From: an uncultured Mageeibacillus sp.
Lineage (GTDB): Bacteria > Bacillota > Clostridia > Saccharofermentanales > DTU023
Assembly: GCA_964486135.1 (NCBI GenBank)
Contig: CAZAKT010000002.1
Location: 1-61,434, forward strand
Reading direction: 5' to 3'
Length of the DNA stretch: 61,434 nucleotides
This document shows positions 28,458 through 38,016 of the stretch, piece by piece. Below the pieces are notes generated by a model that worked only from the letters and a program-made list of their open reading frames with translations, did not search any database and was not told the origin of the DNA. The translations under genes and the position numbers were made by a program. Position 1 is the stretch's first letter. Each line of letters starts with the position of its first letter.

Positions 28458-29570
28458 ATGAAAGCCAAATCGAAGAAAGCAATCACCCTCATCCTGTCGC
28501 TGATCCTCCTCCTGACAGCCCTCACAGCCTGTAGTCCTGAGACACCCGCTCCTCAGCCGGGAGAGACGGGGGAACCCACCGAGTCAGAAGAGGAGACGAG
28601 CGCAATTTTCCAGGATTCGGTCGGCCGGGAGGTCGAACTCCCCCTGCCCCTGACCCGGATAGCGCCCTCAGGCACCCTGGCGGACATTGTCCTTTACACG
28701 GCCTGTCCCGATCTCCTCTGTGGGATTTCCATCCCCTTCACGGAGACTCAACTTAAGCTGATCGACCCGAAATATGACGAATTACCCGTTATGGGCAAGT
28801 TCTACGGCAAGGGCCCGGACTTCAACCTGGAGACAGTACTTGCGGCCCAAACACAGGTGATCGTGGATATCGGGGAGCCCAAGGACTCGATTGAGGATGA
28901 TCTGGATGAGCTCATGGACCAGATCAAGGTCCCCACCGTCTTCATCGAGGCCCTTTTTGATGATATGCCGGGGACCTACCGGACCATCGGCCGCCTGATC
29001 GGGGATCAGTCGCGTACGGATCTGCTTGCCGAATACTGTGAGGAGACCCTGGCCCTGGTCCGCAAGGCCGGTGAGGAAATCCCGGAGGAGGATAGGGTCC
29101 GTGTCTACTGGGCCATGGGCGAGCTGGGGCTCAATACCAACGCGGTTGGATCCTTCCACAGTGAACTGCTCGACTACATCCCCGTCGTCAATGTCGCGGA
29201 AGTTGAAGTCGCCAACCGGGGAGGGGGGAGCGAGGTATCCATGGAGCAGATCATCCTTTGGGATCCCGACTACATCCTCATTGATACCCTGGCCCTGGCC
29301 GGGGAGATTCTGGATGACCCCGCCTGGCAGTCATTGCCGGCCATAAAAGAGGGGCGCTATCAGGTGGTTCCCACCCAGCCCTATGGTTTTCTGGCCAACC
29401 CGCCCTCGATCAACCGTTATCTGGGGATGCGCTGGCTGGGGACTTTGCTCTATCCGGAGATCTACACGGCTGAAACAGAGGACGAGGTCAGGGACTTCTT
29501 CTCACTTTTCTACAGGATTGAACTGGATGACAGCCAGCTTGAGGCCATCCTCGACGGCACATTCAATTAA
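28458..29570 (+). CDS. Class III (TroA/FecB/MolA-like) ABC substrate-binding lipoprotein
   Basis: Lipobox LTAC, EQIILWDPDYI, W-x-S-LPAIKEGR, PPSINRYLGMRWL. Confidence 0.85.
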   Translation: MKAKSKKAITLILSLILLLTALTACSPETPAPQPGETGEPTESEEETSAIFQDSVGREVELPLPLTRIAPSGTLADIVLYTACPDLLCGISIPFTETQLKLIDPKYDELPVMGKFYGKGPDFNLETVLAAQTQVIVDIGEPKDSIEDDLDELMDQIKVPTVFIEALFDDMPGTYRTIGRLIGDQSRTDLLAEYCEETLALVRKAGEEIPEEDRVRVYWAMGELGLNTNAVGSFHSELLDYIPVVNVAEVEVANRGGGSEVSMEQIILWDPDYILIDTLALAGEILDDPAWQSLPAIKEGRYQVVPTQPYGFLANPPSINRYLGMRWLGTLLYPEIYTAETEDEVRDFFSLFYRIELDDSQLEAILDGTFN

Positions 29571-29604
29571 TCAGGGGGGAACTCCTGCCCTTGTTTCCCT
29601 TCCT

Positions 29605-29631
29605 GAAGCCGCCGGCCCAGCCGGCGGCTTC
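29605..29631 (+). terminator. Stem-loop ending the xdhC/ABC operon
   Basis: 11-bp stem GAAGCCGCCGG / CCGGCGGCTTC with a 5-nt loop; no strong U-tract. Confidence 0.55.
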
Positions 29632-29694
29632 CCCCTGTGCCCATCCCTGTGTTAGGCTGACGCCATAGGAATAAGCCAGGAGGGAGGTGGCCCT

Positions 29695-30438
29695 ATGATC
29701 CGGATCGGTTTGACCTGTTCCTTTCTTGAACCGCAGGGAGAACAGGGCAAGGGGAGCTTCCAGAACCGTCTCAACCAGGCCTACGTCGACGCTGTGCTGC
29801 GGGCGGGGGCCGCGCCCTTCCTTATCCCCTTCAGTGGAGATCCGGCCGCGACCGATTGTCTCCTTGAAGTATGCTCAGGCTTGATCCTGACGGGGGGCGG
29901 GGATATCCATCCCCGGCATTACGGTGAGAGCTCTGAAAAAGGTCTGGGAGAAGTTTCGGAGGGCCGGGATCACTTCGAACTCAGTCTCTTCGAGAAGGCC
30001 ATAAGCCGGAGGATCCCTGTTTTTGGCATCTGCCGTGGCCTCCAGCTGATCAATGTCGCCTGGGGCGGGACCCTCTATCAGGACCTGGAAGGGCAGGGGG
30101 CCTTTGAACTGCAACATATGCAGGAGGAGGACCGGGAGGAGCCAACGCATAGGGTTCTCATCCAGGAAGGATCCTTCTTGCACAGGGCGCTGGGCGACCA
30201 GGCCTATGTCAATTCCCTGCATCATCAAGCCATCAAGGACTTGGCCCCCCGGCTGAAAGTCACTGCCAGAAGCCCCGATGGCCTGATTGAAGGGGTTGAA
30301 TCCCTGGAAGGTGAAAAGCCCCTCGTTTTCGCGGTCCAGTGGCATCCAGAGGAACTGGCAAAAAAAATGGCCAATATGGCCACCTTGTTTTCTCTTTTTG
30401 CAGATCTTTGTAAAGAAGGGGCTGGCGGGACCGACTAG
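29695..30438 (+). CDS. Peptidase C26 / gamma-glutamyl-gamma-aminobutyrate hydrolase family (class I glutamine amidotransferase-like)
   Basis: LTGGGDI, GICRGLQ nucleophile elbow, VNSLHHQ, QWHPE. Confidence 0.9.
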   Translation: MIRIGLTCSFLEPQGEQGKGSFQNRLNQAYVDAVLRAGAAPFLIPFSGDPAATDCLLEVCSGLILTGGGDIHPRHYGESSEKGLGEVSEGRDHFELSLFEKAISRRIPVFGICRGLQLINVAWGGTLYQDLEGQGAFELQHMQEEDREEPTHRVLIQEGSFLHRALGDQAYVNSLHHQAIKDLAPRLKVTARSPDGLIEGVESLEGEKPLVFAVQWHPEELAKKMANMATLFSLFADLCKEGAGGTD

Positions 30439-30665
30439 GCCTGGTTGTCAGGGACACCGGCCGGCGGAGGTACAAAGGGCAGGGACCAGTCCAGTTCCTG
30501 GTTGCAGTAGACACAGCGTTTGATCGATTGGACAGGAACGTAGCTGATCAATTTATGGCAACGCGGGCAAAGATAGGCATCGGACGTGGACTCGTGGACA
30601 GAGTTCTTTCTCAGCGCCCCATACTTCATTCTTCGACGTACAACTGTTGTTTTTATCAAGTTCAT
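30435..30665 (-). CDS. Small zinc-ribbon protein (CxxC...CxxC)
   Basis: YLCPRC...RCVYCNQELDW; GGAGG RBS and TGcTATAAT promoter at 30686-30694. Confidence 0.75.
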   Translation of the reverse strand: MNLIKTTVVRRRMKYGALRKNSVHESTSDAYLCPRCHKLISYVPVQSIKRCVYCNQELDWSLPFVPPPAGVPDNQA

Positions 30666-30774
30666 TGACTATTGACCTCCCTGACATTATAGCATAGGCG
30701 GTCTTGGCCAGCTTTCAGCCGACCCTTGTGGCCGGGCGGAAGTGCCTGCCATAGCAGTCTTTTAAAAGCCGGGG

Positions 30775-32133
30775 TCAGATATTGAGCAGGGAGACGGCGA
30801 TGCCAAAGTAGACGATCAGGGCGACCGCGTCCACCACGGTTGTAATCAGGGGGGCGGCCATGATGGCCGGGTCTATCTTAAGCTTCTTGGCGATCAGGGG
30901 CAGGATACCCCCGATGATGGCAGCCATGAAGACCGTCGCCAGCATGGCCAGGGCCAGGATCAGGGCGGTGATGGGATCCTTGTAGAGGAGGTAGACGCGG
31001 AGGAAGTTGAAGACGCTCAAGACGGCACCTATGAGGAGGCTGGTTGCCGACTCTTTCAGGATGACCCGGAAAATATCATTGAATCTGACTTCACCCAGGG
31101 TCATGCCCCGGATCATGAGGGTGCTTGACTGGGCTCCGACATTTCCCCCCGTATCGGTGAGCATAGGGATAAAGGATACCAGGAGGGGGAAGGCCAGGAA
31201 GGCAGCCTCATTTTTTTGCAGGATGATGCCGTTGATTGTCCCCGAAACCATGAGGATGAAGAGCCAGGTGATCCGGTGGAGGCCGTGCTTCCAGAAACTG
31301 GTCTTAAGGTAGGGTCTCTCCGAGGGAAGGATCAGGGCCATACGCTCAAAGTCCTCAGTCGTCTCATCCCGCATGACATCAACCGCGTCATCGATGGTGA
31401 CGATTCCAACCAGCCGGTTTTCCTGGTCGACGACCGGGATGGCGAGGAAATCGTACTTGTGGAAGAGTTGGACCGCTTCCTCCCGGTCCATGGTGGTCTG
31501 GACGCTTATGACCTCGGTCTCCATGATGTCGCCGATCCTGTCCTTGTCGTCAGCCAGCAGGATGGCCCTGACTGAGATGACACCCTCCAGAAAGCGTCGG
31601 TCATCCGTAACGTAACAGGTATAGATGGTCTCCCGATCCTCGCCGAAGGTCCTCAGATGCGTGATCGCCTGGGCGACCGTCATATCCTGTTTCAAGCGGG
31701 TATATTCGGCAGTCATGATACTGCCGGCTGAATCCTCCGGGTACTGGAGGTAGCGATTGATGACCCGTCGTTTTTCGGGGTTGGTCAGGCGGAGGATATG
31801 GCTGACCAGGTTGGCAGGCATCTCCTCAAGGAAATCAACCGCGTCATCGACGAAAAGCTGGTCCAGCATGTGGGTCGTTTCCTCATCCGTAAAGGCCTCC
31901 GCGACCCGCCTTTGCGTTTCGGGCTCCAGGTGGGCGAAGACTTCCGCGCAGGTTTCCTTGGGCAACATGCGGAAGATAAAGGCCGTCTGGTCGAAGGGGA
32001 GGGTTTCCATAAAAAGGGCGACATCGACTTCGTTGTCAGCCCGAAGTTCGCTCACCAGGCCGGCATAGTTGCGCTCGTCCAATAAGCTGTTCAAATGATC
32101 GATATAGAGTTCTTCGTTCATTTTTTCGCTCAT
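30775..32133 (-). CDS. mgtE: Magnesium transporter MgtE
   Basis: MgtE_N helices, AGSIMT, CBS pair (LVGIVTIDD), GGNVGAQ, PLITTVVD. Confidence 0.95.
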   Translation of the reverse strand: MSEKMNEELYIDHLNSLLDERNYAGLVSELRADNEVDVALFMETLPFDQTAFIFRMLPKETCAEVFAHLEPETQRRVAEAFTDEETTHMLDQLFVDDAVDFLEEMPANLVSHILRLTNPEKRRVINRYLQYPEDSAGSIMTAEYTRLKQDMTVAQAITHLRTFGEDRETIYTCYVTDDRRFLEGVISVRAILLADDKDRIGDIMETEVISVQTTMDREEAVQLFHKYDFLAIPVVDQENRLVGIVTIDDAVDVMRDETTEDFERMALILPSERPYLKTSFWKHGLHRITWLFILMVSGTINGIILQKNEAAFLAFPLLVSFIPMLTDTGGNVGAQSSTLMIRGMTLGEVRFNDIFRVILKESATSLLIGAVLSVFNFLRVYLLYKDPITALILALAMLATVFMAAIIGGILPLIAKKLKIDPAIMAAPLITTVVDAVALIVYFGIAVSLLNI

Positions 32134-32150
32134 GAGCCCAACCTCCCTGT

Positions 32151-32192
32151 CCTAAAAAAAAGTCTGTCGCGGGCGGGCCGGCGACAGACTTT
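32151..32192 (-). terminator. Rho-independent terminator between ridA and mgtE
   Basis: 12-bp stem AAAGTCTGTCGC / GCGACAGACTTT with a long A-run on + (U-tract on -). Confidence 0.8.
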
Positions 32193-32215
32193 CCTCTACA
32201 AGCTTGTCATCCGGC

Positions 32216-32596
32216 CTATACCATCTGCGCGATGCATTCTATCTCCACCTTGGCGCCGCCGGGTAACTCCTTTACCGCAAAGCAGGCACGGGCGGGGTAG
32301 GGACTTGGGAAATAGGCCCCGTATATTTTATTGACGCAATCAAAGTCAGCCATGTCGGTCAGGAGGACCGTGGTCTTCAGGACGGACTCTGGTCCGCAGC
32401 CCGCTTCCTTCAGGAGGGTGTCCAGATTGGCCAGGGCCAGCCTGGCTTGTTCCTCCACGCTGTCGGGCATGAGGCCGGTCCCGGCGTCGATCCCCAGCTG
32501 TCCGGAGACAAAGAGCAGGCCATTGGCGGCGACAGCGGGTGAGTAGGGGCCGACCGCCTTGGGGATACGATCGGACTGGATATCAATTTTCGTCAT
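32216..32596 (-). CDS. ridA: RidA/YjgF/UK114 enamine-imine deaminase
   Basis: AVGPYS, FVSGQLG, KTTVLL, PARAC, LPGGAKVEIE. Confidence 0.92.
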   Translation of the reverse strand: MTKIDIQSDRIPKAVGPYSPAVAANGLLFVSGQLGIDAGTGLMPDSVEEQARLALANLDTLLKEAGCGPESVLKTTVLLTDMADFDCVNKIYGAYFPSPYPARACFAVKELPGGAKVEIECIAQMV

Positions 32597-32654
32597 AGCA
32601 ACCACCTAAATATAGATAAATACCACAATCAATTTTACCACAGGCCGAAGGCCC

Positions 32655-34016
32655 TCACCTTATCTGGAAGAGGGCTTCGCGGACGATCTCACAGACTGTG
32701 GGGTGGGGGAATACCGTTCGTTTCATCTCTTCCAGGCTCATGGCCTGCTCGATCATAATCCCGAAGGCCAGGATCATTTCCGAGGCGTAGGGGGTGAGCA
32801 GGTGGCAGCCCAGAAGTTGCTTTGTCTCCTTGTCAAGGAAAAGGCGGCAAAGGCCCGTCCCGCGTTCAGTCTCCGCCTGGTAACGTCCCGACCAGCCCAT
32901 GGGCAGCTCCAGCTCCAGGTAGGCCCGGCCTTCCTTATCCAGTTCCTCCCGGGTCTTGCCGACACTGGCGGCCTCGGGATCGGTGTAGATGACGGAGGGC
33001 ATAGCCCGGTTGGACATACGGTCAGGCAGCCCCAGGATGTGGTTGACCGCGACCTCGCCTTCCCTGCTGGCGGCATGGGCCAGCATGTAGCCGCCCGTGA
33101 CATCACCGATGGCATAAAGGCCGGGGCAGGTCGTCTCCATATGGTCATTGACAGGGATGGCCCCACGCTCCAGCTCCACTGGCAGGTTCTCAAGCCCATA
33201 GCCCTTGGTGACCGGCCTCCGACCGCAGGAAAGGAGTACGAGATCCCCCTTGGCCACCTCTTCCTCCCCCTCTTTCGTGAAGAAAACGGCGCCGCCGTCG
33301 ACCCGGGTCACGGTCGCGGAGAGGTGGAAAACCAGGCCGAGTTTTTCATAAACGGCCTGGAGCTTCTCGCCAATAAGGGGGTCAATGTTGCCCGCGATAT
33401 GATCCAGCATTTCAATGACGGTTACCTTGGATCCGACCGCCTGGAAATAACAGGCCATTTCCAGGCCGATAACCCCTCCGCCGATGACGATCAGGCTTTC
33501 GGGAATACTTTCCAGATCCAGGATTTCCCGGTTGGTGACCACGCTTTCCCCCAGGGATTCCCGGATTCCGGGAAGGGGGAGGATGACAGGTTCAGAACCG
33601 GTGGCCAGGATCAGCTTTTTGCCTTCATAAAGTTGGCCATCGGCCTCGACACAGAAGCTGTCCCCTTTTTTCGGCTGGATGACGGCCTGGGCCCCGATCA
33701 GTTCGACACCGGCTTCGGCCATCTGGTTCTTGACGCCGGCAACCAACCTTCTGACGACCTTCTTCTTGCGTTTGATAACGGCCGCCTGGTCGTAGGTCAC
33801 CGTCTCCGCCTTCACCCCGAAGGCCGCGCTGTCGACGGCGTGCCGGTAAAGTTTGGCTGAATTGAGCAGGGCCTTGGAGGGGATGCAACCCTCGTTCAGG
33901 CAAACACCACCCAGCTTGTCTTTTTCAAACAGGGCGACCGAGAGACCGGCCCTGCCGGCGCGCTCAGCGGCCACATAACCGCCCGGTCCGCCACCAATGA
34001 TGATGAGATCGTACAT
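32655..34016 (-). CDS. lpdA: Dihydrolipoyl dehydrogenase
   Basis: GGGPGG FAD motif, redox-active GGVCLNEGCIPSK, GGGVIG, C-terminal HPTVCE. Confidence 0.95.
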   Translation of the reverse strand: MYDLIIIGGGPGGYVAAERAGRAGLSVALFEKDKLGGVCLNEGCIPSKALLNSAKLYRHAVDSAAFGVKAETVTYDQAAVIKRKKKVVRRLVAGVKNQMAEAGVELIGAQAVIQPKKGDSFCVEADGQLYEGKKLILATGSEPVILPLPGIRESLGESVVTNREILDLESIPESLIVIGGGVIGLEMACYFQAVGSKVTVIEMLDHIAGNIDPLIGEKLQAVYEKLGLVFHLSATVTRVDGGAVFFTKEGEEEVAKGDLVLLSCGRRPVTKGYGLENLPVELERGAIPVNDHMETTCPGLYAIGDVTGGYMLAHAASREGEVAVNHILGLPDRMSNRAMPSVIYTDPEAASVGKTREELDKEGRAYLELELPMGWSGRYQAETERGTGLCRLFLDKETKQLLGCHLLTPYASEMILAFGIMIEQAMSLEEMKRTVFPHPTVCEIVREALFQIR

Positions 34017-34073
34017 AGATTATTGCTCCTTCGCGTCAAGCTTTTTTGTCCTGAATTACTATAGCAGACAGGG

Positions 34074-34108
34074 AATAAAAAAAGCCCGCCGTTTGGATAG
34101 CGGCGGGC
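34074..34108 (-). terminator. Rho-independent terminator of the second BMP ABC operon
   Basis: Stem GCCCGCCG / CGGCGGGC (34084-34108) preceded by an A-run on +. Confidence 0.75.
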
Positions 34109-34128
34109 GTCAAAGGGGCCGGGTAAGG

Positions 34129-35103
34129 TCAGCGTTCCTCGCGGAAATAGTTCAAGCCGGTTCCGGCCGGTTGGGCATGCTCCTTGATCTGCATCATGCT
34201 GGTGATGATCAGGACGATGATGGTGGCGATGAAGGGGAACATGCGATAGATGGGGATGGGCAGTCCCTTGATGGGGATGTACATGTACATGACACTCAAG
34301 CCACCGAAGATGATGGAGCAGTAGATGGCACGCAAGGGGTTCCAGGTGGCGAAAATGACGAGGGCGATAGCCAGCCAGCCATAGCCGCTGATGCAGTCCT
34401 GGACCCAGATGCCCTTCTGGTCCACCATGGACATGTACATGCCGCCCAGTCCGCAGAGGCCGCCTCCCCCAAGGGCCGCCAGGTAACGGTAGCGGGTGAC
34501 ATTGATGCCCGCGCTATCCGCAGTCGCGGGGCTTTCCCCCACGGCCCGAAGGGAGAGTCCCTTCCGGGTCCGGTTCAGGAACCAACCCAGGAAGAAGGCG
34601 GTCACCAGGGCCAGGTAGACCAGCCAGTTGTACTTGAAGAATATGGTCCCTATCACAGGGATTTCCGCCAATTTCCCGAAATTGATCCGTGAGTACATGG
34701 CCTTGGTCTGATCATTGACCGTCACGTAGCCGCCGGCCTTATGGCCCAGGACTTCACCGAAGAACTTGCCGAAGCCCGTACCGAAAATTGCCAGTGTCAG
34801 GCCGGTCACATTCTGGTTTGCCCGAAGCGAGACGGTCAGCACGGCATAGATGAGGCCGCCCAGGGCCCCACAGAGGAAGGCAAAGAGGAAGGCGAAGACG
34901 GCTGCCAGAAGACCTCCCTGGCCGAACCAGTGCTCCACATACCAGGCGCCGGCCAGGCCGGCCACCGCCCCCATATACATGAGACCCTCGACCCCCAGGT
35001 TGAGGCTGCCGGATTTTTCCGTCAGTATCTCGCCACAGGTGGCAAAGAGGAGCGGGGTCCCGGCCAGGATGGCCGCGTTCAAAAGATTGATCACACTTGT
35101 CAT
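34129..35103 (-). CDS. BMP-type ABC permease (NupC-like)
   Basis: NLGVEGLM, LRAVGESP, GYGWLAIALVIFATWNP. Confidence 0.9.
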   Translation of the reverse strand: MTSVINLLNAAILAGTPLLFATCGEILTEKSGSLNLGVEGLMYMGAVAGLAGAWYVEHWFGQGGLLAAVFAFLFAFLCGALGGLIYAVLTVSLRANQNVTGLTLAIFGTGFGKFFGEVLGHKAGGYVTVNDQTKAMYSRINFGKLAEIPVIGTIFFKYNWLVYLALVTAFFLGWFLNRTRKGLSLRAVGESPATADSAGINVTRYRYLAALGGGGLCGLGGMYMSMVDQKGIWVQDCISGYGWLAIALVIFATWNPLRAIYCSIIFGGLSVMYMYIPIKGLPIPIYRMFPFIATIIVLIITSMMQIKEHAQPAGTGLNYFREER

Positions 35104-36308
35104 GCCGTCACCTCCTCCAGCATTTCCTCGATCTGAGCCTTGCTGTGCCTGAAGACCAGACGGTACTCGATGAAGAGTTCACAGCCCAGCATGAAGAAGA
35201 GGATGATCCCGGTCAGAAGGTCAGCCGCTGACGCGGGGATCTTCATGGTTGACTGGATGGAGAGGGAGCCCTTTTTCAGCATGGCGATGAAGATGGAGAC
35301 GGGGATCATAATAAAGGGATTCAACTTTGCCAGCCAGGCGACAATGATGGCTGTAAAGCCAACACCGCCGGCAGTGGTTTCCGTCAGGGTATAGTCGGCT
35401 CCGGCCACCTGGAAGTAGCCTGCCAGGCCACAGAGGGCACCGGAGATGATCAGGGTCCTGATTTGGATCCAACGGGTATTCATACCGGCGTAGCGTGCCG
35501 TATTGAGTGAATCGCCGATGACGGAAATCTCGTAGCCGTGCTTGGTCTTCTTAAGGTAGAGATAGGCCAGGACGGCCAGGGCCAGGGCGAAGATCCAGCC
35601 GATGTGGACACCAAAGATCTTGGGCAGGACGATCGTTTCCAGGGAATCCTTGAAGTTGATGATCTTGGGGAAGGTCGTCTTGGGTGGCTTCCAGCCCTGC
35701 AACTGCTTGAGGTAGTTGATGTACTCAATGGCGATATAGTTCAACATAAGGGTGAAGAGGGTCTCATTGGTACCCCACTTGGTTTTGAAGAAGGCGGGCA
35801 GGAAACCGAAGAGGGCCCCGCCCGTGATGGCCGCCAGTACCAAGAGGATATGGAGGGGAATGAAGGCGATCTCGATCCCCCGGTTGACCACGGAGACGAC
35901 GATGTGCGACATAAAGATGGCGCCGGCCAGGATCTGGCCTTCCCCTCCGATGTTCCAAAATCTCATCTTGAAGGCAAAGGCGATGGCGATCCCGGCGATG
36001 AGCAGGGGAACCGCCAGGCGGAATGTCTCCGCCGCCGAAGTCTTGGTTCCGAAGGAGCCGGTAGCCATACTGATGTAGGCCGATGCCGGGTTCTTGCCGA
36101 TCAGGGCCAGCAGGAGGGCTCCCGCTAGGAGGGCCAGGAGGAAGCCGATGACGTAGATCAGGATCTTCTTCCGGGTCTTGACGGTTCCACGTTTGGTGAT
36201 CCGGACAAAGGGTTCCTTGATCACGCAAAGGAGAGCCTCCTGACAAGGCGGGCAGCTTTCGGCCGATCCTTCTTGTCTGGCTTGGTCTTTGATTTCAGGA
36301 TCTGTCAT
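35100..36308 (-). CDS. BMP-type ABC permease (NupB-like)
   Basis: FWNIGGEGQ, NETLFTLMLNY, GYEISVIG, GVGFTAIIVAWL. Confidence 0.9.
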   Translation of the reverse strand: MTDPEIKDQARQEGSAESCPPCQEALLCVIKEPFVRITKRGTVKTRKKILIYVIGFLLALLAGALLLALIGKNPASAYISMATGSFGTKTSAAETFRLAVPLLIAGIAIAFAFKMRFWNIGGEGQILAGAIFMSHIVVSVVNRGIEIAFIPLHILLVLAAITGGALFGFLPAFFKTKWGTNETLFTLMLNYIAIEYINYLKQLQGWKPPKTTFPKIINFKDSLETIVLPKIFGVHIGWIFALALAVLAYLYLKKTKHGYEISVIGDSLNTARYAGMNTRWIQIRTLIISGALCGLAGYFQVAGADYTLTETTAGGVGFTAIIVAWLAKLNPFIMIPVSIFIAMLKKGSLSIQSTMKIPASAADLLTGIILFFMLGCELFIEYRLVFRHSKAQIEEMLEEVTA

Positions 36309-37879
36309 ACGGCGGCAGCTCCTTCCGTTTCTTCAAGCTCGTGGCCGAGCATCATAAGTCCGATCGCCTGTTTAGTTGTTCTGCGGGGATCGACCACGCC
36401 CATGGCCCGCCCATCACTCAGGACCAGGAGACGGTCGGAAATTTCCATAAGGACATCGAGGTCCTCACCGATAAAGATGACGGCCACCCCTTTTTCCTTT
36501 TGCTCATTGAGCAGGCGGTAGATGGTATAGGAAGAGTTGATATCGAGGCCGCGCACAGGGTAGGCGGCGATCAGGAGCCTGGGGCTGGAATCGATCTCCC
36601 TGCCTACGAGCACCTTCTGGACGTTGCCACCCGAGAGTTTCCGGATGGGGGTGAAGACATCGGGTGTGACAATCTCCAGTTCCTCGACCAGCCTTTCGGC
36701 AACCTCCCTGGGTTTTTTCCGATCCACCAGAAAACTCTTGTTTTGCTTGTAGCTTTTCAGGAGGATGTTGTCGACCATATCAAGTGAGGGGACCAGGCCC
36801 ATCCCCAATCTGTCCTCGGGGACAAAGGCCAGGGCTACCCCCTTTTTCGCGATTTCATTGGGTGACTTGCCGACCAGGTTCTCCTCAACTTCAAAACCGT
36901 TGACGAAGCTCTGGTAGAGAATAGCGCCTCCGGTGACCGGGTAGAGGCCGGTGATGGCCTCGCACAACTCCCTTTGGCCACTTCCGGTGATCCCGGCGAT
37001 GCCCAGGATCTCCCCCCCGAAGGCCTCAAAGGATACATCTTCCAGGGCCCGGGTTTTCTCGGGGGTCAGGCAGGTCAGTGAAGTGATCCGGAGGACAGGT
37101 TTCTTGTCGCCGATGACGGGCCGGTCAATCTCAAGGGATACGGACCGGCCGACCATCATATCCGTCAAGGATTGGACGGTCGCGTCCTTGGTCTCAATCG
37201 TATCGATGTATTCGCCCTTCCTGAGGACCGTGACCCGGTCGGAAACTGCCAGGACCTCATTCAGCTTATGGGTGATGAGGATAATGGATTTATTGTCCTC
37301 TTTCATAGCCCGCAGGACATCGAAGAGTTTTTCGGTCTCCTGGGGGGTCAGGACGGCGGTGGGCTCATCCAGGATCAGGATGTCCGCGCCGCGGTAGAGG
37401 GCCTTGACGATCTCGACGGTCTGTTTCTCCGAAATGGACATGTCGTAGACCTTCTTATTGGGTTCGATATTGAAGCCATAGCGGTCTCCGATTTCCTTGA
37501 CATGTTTTGCCAGCGCCCGCCTGTTGATGGTGGTGCCGCCCGGCAGACCCAGGACAATATTCTCGGCCGCCGTGAAAACTTCAACCAGCTTGTAGTGCTG
37601 ATGCACCATACCGATATTAAGGGCAAAGGCATCCCTGGGCTCGCAAATCGCGACAGGATTACCATTTATACGGATTTCACCCAGATCAGGGAAATAAATA
37701 CCGGAGAGAACATTCATGAGAGTGGTCTTGCCGCTCCCGTTCTCCCCCAGCAGGGAGAGGATTTCACCTTTTCTCAGTTCGAGATGAACGTCCTTAAGGG
37801 CCTCGACCTTGCCAAAACGTTTACAGACATGGGTCATCTCGACCACATTTTCGACGGCGGGTCTCTGCAAATCTTGCAT
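36305..37879 (-). CDS. BMP-type ABC ATP-binding protein (tandem NBD)
   Basis: LLGENGSGKTT, MVHQH, ILDEPTAVLT, LSGGNVQK; GGAGG RBS before ATG 37879. Confidence 0.92.
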   Translation of the reverse strand: MQDLQRPAVENVVEMTHVCKRFGKVEALKDVHLELRKGEILSLLGENGSGKTTLMNVLSGIYFPDLGEIRINGNPVAICEPRDAFALNIGMVHQHYKLVEVFTAAENIVLGLPGGTTINRRALAKHVKEIGDRYGFNIEPNKKVYDMSISEKQTVEIVKALYRGADILILDEPTAVLTPQETEKLFDVLRAMKEDNKSIILITHKLNEVLAVSDRVTVLRKGEYIDTIETKDATVQSLTDMMVGRSVSLEIDRPVIGDKKPVLRITSLTCLTPEKTRALEDVSFEAFGGEILGIAGITGSGQRELCEAITGLYPVTGGAILYQSFVNGFEVEENLVGKSPNEIAKKGVALAFVPEDRLGMGLVPSLDMVDNILLKSYKQNKSFLVDRKKPREVAERLVEELEIVTPDVFTPIRKLSGGNVQKVLVGREIDSSPRLLIAAYPVRGLDINSSYTIYRLLNEQKEKGVAVIFIGEDLDVLMEISDRLLVLSDGRAMGVVDPRRTTKQAIGLMMLGHELEETEGAAAV

Positions 37880-38016
37880 AGTTTTCCTCCATCCGATACA
37901 GGGAACGCCTAACCGCTCATGCATCCGGATACTGAAAACCGCCGCAATGCGAAAGCTCTGCGCGGCCTTATCCCAATAAAGCTGCGGTGATCACATTGCG
38001 GCGATTGTGTGCTCAG

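Noticed and set aside
32134-32215. M-box (ykoK) riboswitch before mgtE
   Set aside because: The gap is too short and holds only a simple terminator
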